A DNA stretch of 64,000 nt from the NCBI GenBank assembly GCA_964016885.1, contig OZ024740.1, forward strand, positions 64,108,001 through 64,172,000, read 5' to 3'. A program made the translations under genes and the position numbers. Shown one piece after another: positions 13,046 through 23,079 of the stretch. Within the stretch, counting starts at the first letter, position 1; every line of letters begins with the position of its first letter. The DNA comes from Eledone cirrhosa. Lineage: Eukaryota. The notes beneath the pieces are model-generated. The model was not told the DNA's origin. It searched no databases and saw only the letters and a program-made list of their open reading frames with translations.

Positions 13046-13079
<34 letters not shown>

Positions 13080-13145
13080 TGTATGTATACATGTATGTAT
13101 GTATGTATGTATGTATGTATGTATGTATGTATGTATGTATGTATG
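12695..13145. repeat. (TATG)n microsatellite with TACG/TACA variants
   Basis: Read directly from the sequence. Confidence 0.97.
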
Positions 13146-13226
13146 TTTTCTCTTTCTCTTAATTTCGAGTATATTTCTTTGACCGGCCACCTTCCTGGTG
13201 GCAAGGTTGTAAAAGAAAAGAAATTG

Positions 13227-13985
13227 TCATCCCTTGAATCGCAAGAATGTTTTGCATATTTTGAAGGTGCCAGCTATCGCAGCCATTTGTAGACTATGAA
13301 TTAGGGAGCTGCGCTTTTTGTCCGCAAATCCAAGTTCGGTCATACTTTGGTCCAAGCGGGTTGGTATATAACCCGTAGCACCAATAATGATGGGTATGAA
13401 GCTAAAGGTGTATCTTGGATACTGGATTTGTAAGCTCCTCATCAATGGTCCGTAGATGTCCTCCTTCTCCTGTATTTTTCTGACAACGTTTACATCAAGT
13501 GGGCAGCTGATCTCCACAACAGAACACGTTTTCAATGTGTGGTCCCAAACTACAATATCAGGCCGGTTGTGCTTTAATTTGGTGGCAGTTTTTATTTTCA
13601 GGTTCCACCAGTATTCCTTAGTGCCATCTGTCTCAATATATTCTTCCTCGTTTGTTGTTAATTTTGTTTTCCGAAGTGCGTTCCAGATAGTTCTAGCTAT
13701 CCCATCGTGTCTCATGGGGAGGTAGTAGCGAGATGACATTCTTTCGCAGCTGGCAACAATGTGGCTTACATCCTCGATCTTTGTTTTACATAGCCTACAT
13801 TTATTGTCAGCTGCTGGCCCTCCTCTTTTGTGCAGCAGATATTTGGTAGGGAGTTCTTGTTCCTGTATTGCATAGAGATATCCCTCAAGGTGTGATGTCA
13901 TAAACTTGTCGGAACTCCATGCCAGGCTTTTTGAGTGGTTTATCCCCTCTATGGTCTGTGTTTTACGCCTCAAGTATCCATGCAC
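13227..13985 (-). CDS. CCHC knuckle + PD-(D/E)XK restriction-like endonuclease of the R4/Dong element
   Basis: AIQEQ, CRLCKTKIEDVSHIVASC, RHDGI, HNRPDIVVWD...VVEISCP...KIQEKEDIY. Confidence 0.92.
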   Translation of the reverse strand: MHGYLRRKTQTIEGINHSKSLAWSSDKFMTSHLEGYLYAIQEQELPTKYLLHKRGGPAADNKCRLCKTKIEDVSHIVASCERMSSRYYLPMRHDGIARTIWNALRKTKLTTNEEEYIETDGTKEYWWNLKIKTATKLKHNRPDIVVWDHTLKTCSVVEISCPLDVNVVRKIQEKEDIYGPLMRSLQIQYPRYTFSFIPIIIGATGYIPTRLDQSMTELGFADKKRSSLIHSLQMAAIAGTFKICKTFLRFKG

Positions 13986-14234
13986 AACTTTCTCTGTAAA
14001 TTGGTCAATTTTTTTTTTCTTGTTTGAACATTGAATAGGATCTTCCGATTTCTCTGGGTGAGAGATTTATATCAGGCTTTATTCCATATCTCTCCTCCAG
14101 ATCAGTCGCTATTCTAATGATATTTCTTTTTTCATGCTCATAAACCTGAGCAAGATGGTCGCCAACCTTTTTCCTCTGTTGAAGGTGTTGCTTCAGTGTT
14201 ACTATCCGGGTCTCATATGTTGTTAATATTGATT

Positions 14235-16517
14235 TTAGACCCCGGTCACCTTCCTTGCGTGAGAAGTATAGCCTATCCACATCACCATTGATGTTAAAGT
14301 TCCCAGTAACACTGAGAAGTTTCGAAGAAGTTTTCTAACATCCATCTCACTTAGTTCTTGCAATGACCAGTTCAGTAGGCCAAATGTTGGCGTTAGAATT
14401 GGCACAGCATAGGTATTGTGGGCAATGTATTTGTTGTATGCTGACAGTTCTGATGACCATATTTTTTTTACTCTTCTGAGGTATTCAGTTCTGGTTCTCT
14501 CCTTATTTATGGGTCCATCATATCTGACATTCTCATCCTGTCCAAGATATCTGTAGTTGTCACCTGACTGCAGAGGTTGTATTGTCAGGCCGTTCATATC
14601 TAGATTTCTAGAGGAGGGCACAGCTCTTCCACGTTTTACTGCCAAATATGCACACTTGGACTCACCAAATTTCATTTTGATGTCGGTTGAAAATTGTGTA
14701 ATGAGGTCCAATTGTTTCTTGATGTCATTGATATTTGGCCCATACAACTTCAGGTCATCAACAAAGAAAAGATGGGAGATACTTCTGGGCCCACTTCTTT
14801 GTCCACCTTGTTTCCTGAGTAGGTAAGATAGTGGATTCAGTGAGAGAACGAAGAGTAGTACTGACAAGCTATCACCCTGAAAGATGCCCTTCTGGTAATG
14901 TATCCTATCAGTCTTAACCTGCTCCTTCTCACCTCTAAGGATCAAATTGGTGTACCAGTTCTTGGTCAGGCGTTCAACAGCAGCTACTAATGGTTGTGGG
15001 ACTTTAGCTAACTGTAAAGCCTTAATAATCCACCCATGAGGTACACTATCAAATGCTTTTTGATAGTCCAGCCACACGACAGTCATGTTTCTGCGATTCT
15101 TTGTTGTTTTTTCCTGAATCATTTTGTTAGTTAGTAGGTGATCTATGCAACCCCACACCTCCCTCTTTCCACCAGCTTGCTCAGGTGTTATGATGTTGTT
15201 GGTAGCACAGTGATCCTGTAAGAACAGGTTAAGGCACCCAGTATATAATTTATACATGATGTTTTGGCAGGCAATTGGGCGGTAATTTTTAGCAAGGGTG
15301 GTTTGGCTATTTTTGGGAATGAGGAGAGTAGTGGCAGTTGATAACCATCTGGGCAGTTCTTGTGTGCCCTTAATGGTTTCTGTAAACAGCCGTATGAGAT
15401 CTTGCCGATAGAAAGTGAAATTCTTCAACCAGTATCCTGTAATGAGGTCTGGGCCTGGCGATTTCCTATTCGACATTTTCTGTAGAGCTGTTTCCAGTAT
15501 TGACCCATCTATGTCATATTGTTTTGTCTGGACATGTTGGCAGTAGTCCTGTTCCAGTTGTTTTAGCCAATTAGCTTGTCTGTTGAATCCGTCATCCGTT
15601 TCCCATACAGATCTCCAGTAGTTCTCAACCTGTTCTTTTGAAGGGGTGTCGTTTACAGGGATTGAGCTTTTGCCACCGAAGCTGCGATAAACTGATTTAG
15701 GATCTCTGGCAAACAATCTATTTAGCACTTGTCGTTTATGGGCTGTTGACTTATATTTTAGTCTTTCTGTTGTAGCTGTGAGTTGTTGTTTCAACTGGTG
15801 TAATTTGGAGTTCAAAGTTTTAAATTTGGTATCTCCAAATCGTCTCTCTAACTTTTTCTTTAGGTCTTCCTGGTGTCGTGTGAAGTTTCTCTCTATGTTG
15901 CATTTCATAACGACTGCGATGTGTGAGATACTTCGTCTCAGGGACAAAATTTTGGTTTTTAAATTTCGCATCCACGCTGGTTCAGGCTTTCTGTTTGTAT
16001 CTTGATTGCGTGGTTTTAGATGTGTGTTATATGATAGCAATGTGACAGCTGAAACATATAACAAAACATTGAGCGTTTCAAATGTCGTTTCTACACCTTT
16101 AGATCGTATAGCCTTCAGATAATTGCCAGCTATTTCGTTCACCGCTTCCAATTCCAATTTAGTGGGTTCTTTACTGACTCTAGTGTTGTATGGTCTGTCA
16201 CTCACATTAAGGCTGTGTATCTCTTGAAACATATCGTTCCATATCACTTGTAGGGTGCCCACAAGTTTTTGGTACTCTGTTTGTTCAGTAGAGTCATGAA
16301 TTGCAGCCTCGTTGTTGATGTGGTGACAATTACTACTAGAGTCAGCTGACCTTTCTCGCTGTTCTTCAGTGGAAGTGGGATGGATTTCAGCAAAATTGTT
16401 GGTGAGCTGTTCACTGTTAGATTTAGCTGGCCATTCTCTTTGTCTGTCAGTGGAGGTGGGGTGGTTGTCTACAAGGGCTGTATTTGTAGTATCACTCGAT
16501 TCCGTTAGATGTATCAA
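14235..16517 (-). CDS. reverse transcriptase (R4/Dong type), frameshifted near the C-terminal end
   Basis: KSPGPD, YRPIACQNIMYKLY, WLDYQKAFDSVPH, GIFQGDSLS, HLFFVDDLKLY, YRYLG. Confidence 0.93.
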   Translation of the reverse strand: MIHLTESSDTTNTALVDNHPTSTDRQREWPAKSNSEQLTNNFAEIHPTSTEEQRERSADSSSNCHHINNEAAIHDSTEQTEYQKLVGTLQVIWNDMFQEIHSLNVSDRPYNTRVSKEPTKLELEAVNEIAGNYLKAIRSKGVETTFETLNVLLYVSAVTLLSYNTHLKPRNQDTNRKPEPAWMRNLKTKILSLRRSISHIAVVMKCNIERNFTRHQEDLKKKLERRFGDTKFKTLNSKLHQLKQQLTATTERLKYKSTAHKRQVLNRLFARDPKSVYRSFGGKSSIPVNDTPSKEQVENYWRSVWETDDGFNRQANWLKQLEQDYCQHVQTKQYDIDGSILETALQKMSNRKSPGPDLITGYWLKNFTFYRQDLIRLFTETIKGTQELPRWLSTATTLLIPKNSQTTLAKNYRPIACQNIMYKLYTGCLNLFLQDHCATNNIITPEQAGGKREVWGCIDHLLTNKMIQEKTTKNRRNMTVVWLDYQKAFDSVPHGWIIKALQLAKVPQPLVAAVERLTKNWYTNLILRGEKEQVKTDRIHYQKGIFQGDSLSVLLFVLSLNPLSYLLRKQGGQRSGPRSISHLFFVDDLKLYGPNINDIKKQLDLITQFSTDIKMKFGESKCAYLAVKRGRAVPSSRNLDMNGLTIQPLQSGDNYRYLGQDENVRYDGPINKERTRTEYLRRVKKIWSSELSAYNKYIAHNTYAVPILTPTFGLLNWSLQELSEMDVRKLLRNFSVLLGTLTSMVMWIGYTSHARKVTGV

Positions 16518-16604
16518 TTTACATCTAATGATACGTTTTGCCTGTTCATTTAGATGCTTTGGAGAAAAGTCTAATTCTGGGTGTTTGGAGTTCCATAAAG
16601 TTTT

Positions 16605-16774
16605 GTATGTATGTATGTATGTATGTATGTATGTATGTATGTATGTAGGTGTGTGTGTGTGTGTATGTATTTATGTATGTGTGTATGTATGTGTGTATGT
16701 ATGTATGTGTGTATGTATGTATGTATGTATGTATGTATGTATGTATGTATGTATGTATGTATGTATGTACGTAT
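16605..16774. repeat. (TATG)n microsatellite
   Basis: Read directly from the sequence. Confidence 0.95.
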
Positions 16775-17343
16775 GGTCGGGTCGTTGGCGACTAAACTGG
16801 CAACCCCACCAAGGTTTCTTGGTGAGGAGGGTGACTTTAGACATCCTGCAGGACTAAAAACAAAACCTGTCAAAGGGAAAAGGAGCTCTTAAGAGTCAAT
16901 GGCCATCCAAAATCATCGGGAGAGATGAGCGCTTAACCATTGTCAAGGCAGAATTCTAGGAGAAGGAAAATTCTGATATAACACCTGCAACCCTGATGGT
17001 ATCCAATGATGTTGACTTGTTATTCTTTTTGGTAAATATCATCTTGGTTAAGAGAGTGGGACTGGCTTTGTGCAGTGCCTTTGCTCACTATAAAAGCTTC
17101 ACGGCACAGGCATTGCTTTATATCTGGAGATCTCTCTGCACTTGTCGTTACATGGTACCATGGGCCCAGCACTATCTGTCAATAATTGTCACAAGTGTAG
17201 TGTTTGTACCAGAGTTTTCAAGTCGCTGGCTGGACTAAAAAGTCACACTCGTTCAGCGCATCGGTAGGGGTTCTCCTACATGCATAGAAAGTAGTGGCCG
17301 TACTCGAAAACGACTTGGCAGCCACCATGTATGTATGTATGTA
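16775..17343 (+). mobile_element. RTE-derived bipartite non-autonomous element (5'UTR joined to the 3' end) with (ATGT)n tail
   Basis: RTE-like 5'UTR motifs (actggcaacccc; ctaggagaaggaaaattctg). The 3' part encodes a terminal C2H2 finger, HKCSVCTRVFKSLAGLKSHTRSAHR*, then a short 3'UTR ending gcagccacc-atgtatgtatgt. Confidence 0.65.
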
Positions 17344-20300
17344 TTATCTCTTTCTCTTAATTTCGAGTATATTTTTTTGACCCGCCACCTTCCTGGTGGC
17401 AAGGTTGTAAAAGAAAAGTAATTGTCATCCCTTGAATCGCAAGAATGTTTTGCAAATTTTGAAGGTGCCAGTTATCGCAGCCATTTGTAGACTATGAATT
17501 AGGGAGCTGCGCTTTTTGTCCGCAAATCCATGTTCGGTCATACTTTGGTCCAAGCGGGTTGGTATATAACCCTTAGCTCCAATAATGATGGGTATGAAGC
17601 TAAAGGTGTATCTTGGATACTGGATTTGTAAACTTCTCATCAATGGTCCGTAGATATCCTCCTTCTCCTGTATTTTTCTGACAACGTTTACATCAAGTGG
17701 GCAGCTGATCTACACAACAGAACACGTTTTCAATGTGTGGTCCCAAACAACAATATCAGGCCGGTTGTGCTTTAATTTGGCGGCAGTTTTTATTTTCAGG
17801 TTCCATCAGTATTCCTTAGTGCCATCTGTCTCAATATATTCTTGCTCGTTTGTTGTTAATTTTGTTTTCCGAAGCGCGTTCCAGATGGTTCTAGCTATCC
17901 CATCGTGTCTCATGGGGAGGTAGTAGTTTTACATAGCCTACATTTATTGTCAGCTGCTGGCCTTCCCCTTTTGTGCAGCAGATATTTGGTATGGAGTTCT
18001 TGTTCCTGTATTGCATAGAGATATCCCTCAAGGTGTGATGTCATAAACTTGTCGGAACTCCATGCCAAGCCTTTTGAGTGGTTTATTTCCTCTATGGTCT
18101 GTGTTTTACGTCTCAAGTATCCATGCACATTTTTTATGTAAATTGGTCAATTTTTTCATCCTGTTTGAACATTGAATAGGATCTTCCGATTTCTCTGAGT
18201 GAGAGATTTATATCAGGCTTTATTCCATATCTCTCCTCCAGATCAGTCGCTATTCTAATGATATTATTTTTTTCATGCTCATAAAGCCTGGGCAAGATGG
18301 TTGCCAACCTTTTTCCTCTGTTGAAGGTGTTGCTTCAGTGTTAGTATCCGGGTCTCATATGTTGTTAATATGGATTTTAGACCCCGGCCACCTTCCTTGC
18401 ATGAGAAGTATAGCCTATCCACATCACCATTGATGTTAAAGTTCCCAGTAACACTGAGAAGTTTTCGAGTTCTAACATCCACCTCACTTAGTTCTTGCAA
18501 TGACCAGTTCAGCAGGCCAAATGTTGGCGTTAGAATTGGCACAGCATAAGTATTGTGGGCAATGTATTTGTTGTACGCTGACAGTTCTGATGACCATATT
18601 TTCTTTACTCTTCTGAGGTATTCAGTTCTGGTTCTCTCCTTATTTATGGTTTCATCATATCTGACATTCTCATCCTGTCCAAGATATCTGTAGTTGTCAC
18701 CTGACTGCAGAGGTTGTATTGTCAGGCCGTTCATCTCTAGATTTCTAGAGGAGGGCACAGCTCTTCCACGTTTTACTGCGAAATATGCACACTTGAGCTC
18801 ACCAAATTTGATTTTGATGTCTGTTGAAAATTGTGTAATGAGGTCCAATTGTTTCTTGATGTCATTGATATTTGACCCATACAACTTCAGGTCATCAACA
18901 AAGAAAAGATGGGAGATACTTCTGGACCCACTTCTTTGTCCACCTTGTTTCCTGAGTAGGTAAGATAGTGGATTTAGTGAGAGAACGAAGAGTAGCACTG
19001 ACAAGATGCCCTTCTGGTAATGTATCTTATCAGTCTTAACTTGCTCCTTCTCACCTCTAAGGATCAAATTGGTGTACCAGTTCTTGGTCAGGAGTTCAAC
19101 GGAAGCTACCAATGGTTGTGGGACTTTGGCTAACTGTAAAGCCTTAATAATCCACACTATCAAATGATATTTGATAGTCCAGCCACACCACAGTCATGTT
19201 TCAGCGATTCTTTGTTGTTTTTTCCTGAATCATTTTATTAGTTAGTAGATGATCTATGCAACCCCACACCTCCCTCTTTCCACCAGCTTGCTCAGGTGTT
19301 ATGATGTTGTTGGTAGCACAGTGATCCTGTAAGAACACCCAGTATATAATTTATACATGATGTTTTAGCAGGCTATTGGGCGGTAATTTTTAGCAAGGGT
19401 GGTTTGGCTATTTTGGGGAATGAGGAGAGTAGTGGCAGTTGATAACCATCTGGGCAGTTCTTGTGTGCCTTTAATGGTTTCTGTAAACAGCCGTATGAGA
19501 TCTTGCCGATAGAAAGTAAAATTCATCAACCAGTATCCTGTAATGAGGTCTGGGCCTGATGATTTCCTATTCGACATTTTCTGTAGAGCTGTTTCCAGTA
19601 TTGACCCATCTATGTCATATTGTTTTCTCTGGACATGTTGGCAGTAGTCCTGTTCCAGTTCTTTTAGCCAATTAATTTGTCTGTTGAATCCGTCATCCGT
19701 TTCCCATACAGATCTCCAGTAGCTCTCAACCTGTTCTTTTGAAGGGGTATCATTTACAGGAATTGAGCTTTTGCCACCGAAGCTGCGATAAACTGATTTA
19801 GGATCTCTGGCAAACAATCTATTTTGCACTTGTGGTTTATGTGCTGTTGACTTATATTTTAGTCTTTCTGTTGTAGCTGTGAGTTGTTGTTTCAACTGGT
19901 GTAATTTGGAGTTCAAAGTTTTAAATTTTGTATCTCCAAATCGTCTCTCTAACTTTTTGTTTAGGTCTTCCTGGTGTCGTGTGAAGTTGTTCTCTATGTT
20001 GCATTTCATAACGACTGCGATGTGTGAGATACTTCGTCTCAGGGACAACATTTTGCTTTTTAAATTTCGCATCCACGCTGGTTCAGGCTTTTTGTTTGTA
20101 TCTTCATTGCGTGGTTTTAGATGTGTGTTATATGATAGCAATGTGACAGCTGAAACATATAACAAAATATTAAGCGTTTCAAATGTCGTTTCTACACCTT
20201 TAGATCGTATAGCCTTCAGATAATTGCCAGCTATTTCGTTCACCGCTTCCAATTCCAATTTAGTGGGTTCTTTACTGATTCTGGTGTTGTATGGTCTGTC

Positions 20301-20825
20301 ACTCACATAAGGCTGTATATCTCTTGAAACATATCGTCCCATATCACTTGTAAGGTGTCCACAAGGTTTTGGTGTTCTGCTTGTACAGTAGAGTCATGAA
20401 TTTCAGCCTCGTTGTTGATGTGGTGACAATTACTACTAGAGTTAGCTGACCTTTCTCGCTGTTCTTCAGTGGAAGTGGGATGGATTTCAGCAAAATTGTT
20501 GGTGAGCTGTTCACTGTTAGATTTAGCTGGCCATTCTCTTTGTCTGTCAGTGGAGGTGGGGTGGTTGTCTACAAAGGCTGTATTTGTAGTATCACTCAAT
20601 TCCGTTAGATGTATCAATTTACATCTAATGATACGTTTTGCCTGTTCATTTAAATGCTTTGGAGGAAAGTCTAATTCTGGGTGTTTGGAGTTCCATAAAG
20701 TTTTTAGCCTTTGCATAAAACCGAACTTTTGGGGTTCAGATTGTTTATATGCTTCATATGATTCTTTGTTAAGCTCGTAGCTCCACTGTATACAACGGTT
20801 GTAGTTGCGATTTGGTCGAAGGAGA
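17344..20825 (-). mobile_element. R4/Dong element, longer and more decayed third copy (5' end may extend to ~21248)
   Basis: ORF pieces 20303-20863, 19365-20342, 18279-19163, 17910-18128 and 17425-17643 are near-identical to the copy at 13146. It has extra N-terminal sequence (WSYELNKESYEAY...LWNSKHPE). Small deletions remove FQGDS and part of the CCHC. Confidence 0.92.
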
Positions 20826-21248
20826 CTTGTATATTTCTTTAAGAATGTAATATAATATAACAATGCTGTATTTATATGTTAAAGTTTATGTATCATTCAT
20901 ATAAATAGGTGTTCTACAATTTATTCACAACATATTCACAGTTCAAACACCTATGTTTTTGTTTCTGAATCGAAAACGTTACTTGTATATTTCTTTATAA
21001 ATGTAATATAACAACGTTGCATTTATATGTTAAAGTGTATGTATCGTTCATATATCATAAGTGTATGTATCGTTCATATAAATAGGTTTTTACAACACAC
21101 TTACAGTTCAAACACTTATGTAGAATTATTGTATGTAATCTTACCGCGTAATGTAGCTCAACTTTTTCCAATATATGGTATGTTGCTTTCATGTAAGCCG
21201 TAATTACACACGTCCGATTATCTGACACTGACCACAACAGTCGCCATT

Positions 21249-21323
21249 GTATGTGTGTATGTATGTATGTATGTATGTATGTATGTATGTATGTATGTAT
21301 GTATGTATGTATGTATGTATGTA
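21249..21323. repeat. (TATG)n microsatellite
   Basis: Read directly from the sequence. Confidence 0.95.
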
Positions 21324-21535
21324 TTCCATCAACAAAAATTACACTTAACTGAAAAAAAGATATTATCGCTAAATGTAATTTAGAGATTAACAGACAAAAC
21401 ACTGTTAAATATATATATATAATCTACTTAAACGAAATATAATTCATTATAAAACAGATGACAGTATAAATACACACAAAAGCATCAATGCGGCAATTGT
21501 ATGAATGATACATATATATATATATATATATATAT

Positions 21536-21746
21536 AACGAAGGAAATGTGGTAAGGAACCAGGTGGACAATAACGCACCAAAGTACTCAATACTTAGGGT
21601 AGTAGAGTGGGTAATAGGAACGAGTAGGACCCCGACGGCTGAGCTCAAGCCGTTTCGACGATTAGTCCAGAATTAGTTCAGAATTAGTTCAGAATTAGCC
21701 GTCGAAACGGCTTGAGCTCAGCCGTCGGGGTCCTACTCGTTCCTAT
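21536..21746. repeat. (TA)n-flanked repeat with internal fold-back; family also at 30301-30506 and 41403-41550
   Basis: ~42-bp inverted repeat taggaacgagtaggaccccgacggctgagctcaagccgtttcgacg and its reverse complement, spacer (cagaattagt)x3. Confidence 0.85.
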
Positions 21747-21770
21747 ATATATATATATATATATATATAT

Positions 21771-22674
21771 TTAATACATTAACAGAGAAAGCTTCAAGCG
21801 ATACTCTGACCAACTCCATATCACTCAACACACATTAGGATATACCTAAGTATAATCCCAATTAAGTGTTTGGGGTGCTAACTATATTGTATTCCGTGGA
21901 TAGTTGGTTGTATTATTTTATATGAGACATAATAAAATAAATCTCTCTTTCTTTCCATACGATCGTTTCGTTATAAGATTTCTACAAGTTGGGATAAATA
22001 ATATCCAAGTTATGTAGAAACTTGTATATAATCCATAGATATACACACAAGCGGGCCCTTATAACTCATCAGTGGATGCCCATACAATATTGATATAAAA
22101 AATTACATCGATATTAATAATCAGTGATGGTCTCCGTCAGTGCTAGAAAGACAGCTAAATTTGAAAAGCAAGTAGTCCTTCTAAAAGAAAATTCACACTG
22201 TCCCCAAAAGGGAAAGGGGAGGTCATCGTAAAATATAAAATAATATACACGCTGGCCATTGAAGCCTGTTAGGTATTTTAACCACGTGTTTAAGAACTCA
22301 ATTGGATATTAAAAAAATAAATATATGTATGTACCATCTATACACACACAGAGATATTAAAACATAATAAATATATGTACGTACTATCTATACATACATA
22401 TAGGTAGTCATACCTAAATATCTGGAATTTTCATATCTGGCCATCCAAGAGTATAATATTTAATACATTAACAGAGAAAGCTTTAAGCGATACTCTGACC
22501 AACTCCATCTCACTCAACAAACATTAGGATATACCTAAGTATAATCCCAATTAAGTGTTTGGGTGCTAACTATATAGTATTCCATGGATAGTTGGTTGTA
22601 TTATTTTATGTGAGACATAATTAAATAAATCTCTCTTTCTTTCCATTACGATCGTTTCGTTATAAGATTTCTAC
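21771..22674 (-). mobile_element. ~1.3 tandem copies of a ~689-bp hammerhead-containing unit (Penelope pLTR/retrozyme-like)
   Basis: 21771-21985 is repeated at 22460-22674. (TA)n lies at both ends. Confidence 0.8.
21954..22076 (-). ncRNA. type I hammerhead ribozyme
   Basis: Minus strand: tcca CTGATGA gttataag...cttataac GAAA cgatcg TA tgga. Stem I is 4 bp, stem II is 8 bp with a long loop, stem III is palindromic, and the site is GUA. Confidence 0.85.
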
Positions 22675-22687
22675 TATATATATATAT

Positions 22688-22822
<135 letters not shown>

Positions 22823-23079
22823 GAGACTCTATAAGATGTAACAACAATCAACAATATATAAATATTTACTATATATTGCAAAGTAAACAGAGTTGGAGAC
22901 TATGTAACTATTTGAAATTGGCTTTTCCTGTCCTAAGTGTGACATTTCAGAAATTGAAATGTAGAGCCCATACATATTGCAGAAAAGCGTTGATTAACAA
23001 TCACAAAAGCCTTAGTTGAAGCAAAATTCTTAGTTGATCTTTTGCTTCCAAGATCAGTGACGAAGATGGCAACAACAAG

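Larger units (their letters stand above)
13146..16604 (-). mobile_element. R4/Dong-clade non-LTR retrotransposon (RT + restriction-like endonuclease), 5'-truncated, two frameshifts
   Basis: RT and RLE ORFs at 14235-16517, 14005-14280 and 13227-13985. The 3' end reads ...agagaaagagaaaa-(CATA)n and the 5' end also joins (CATA)n. Confidence 0.93.

Noticed and set aside
12136-13292. Long MYVC/IHTY ORFs
   Set aside because: These are translations of stop-free (TATG)n microsatellite.
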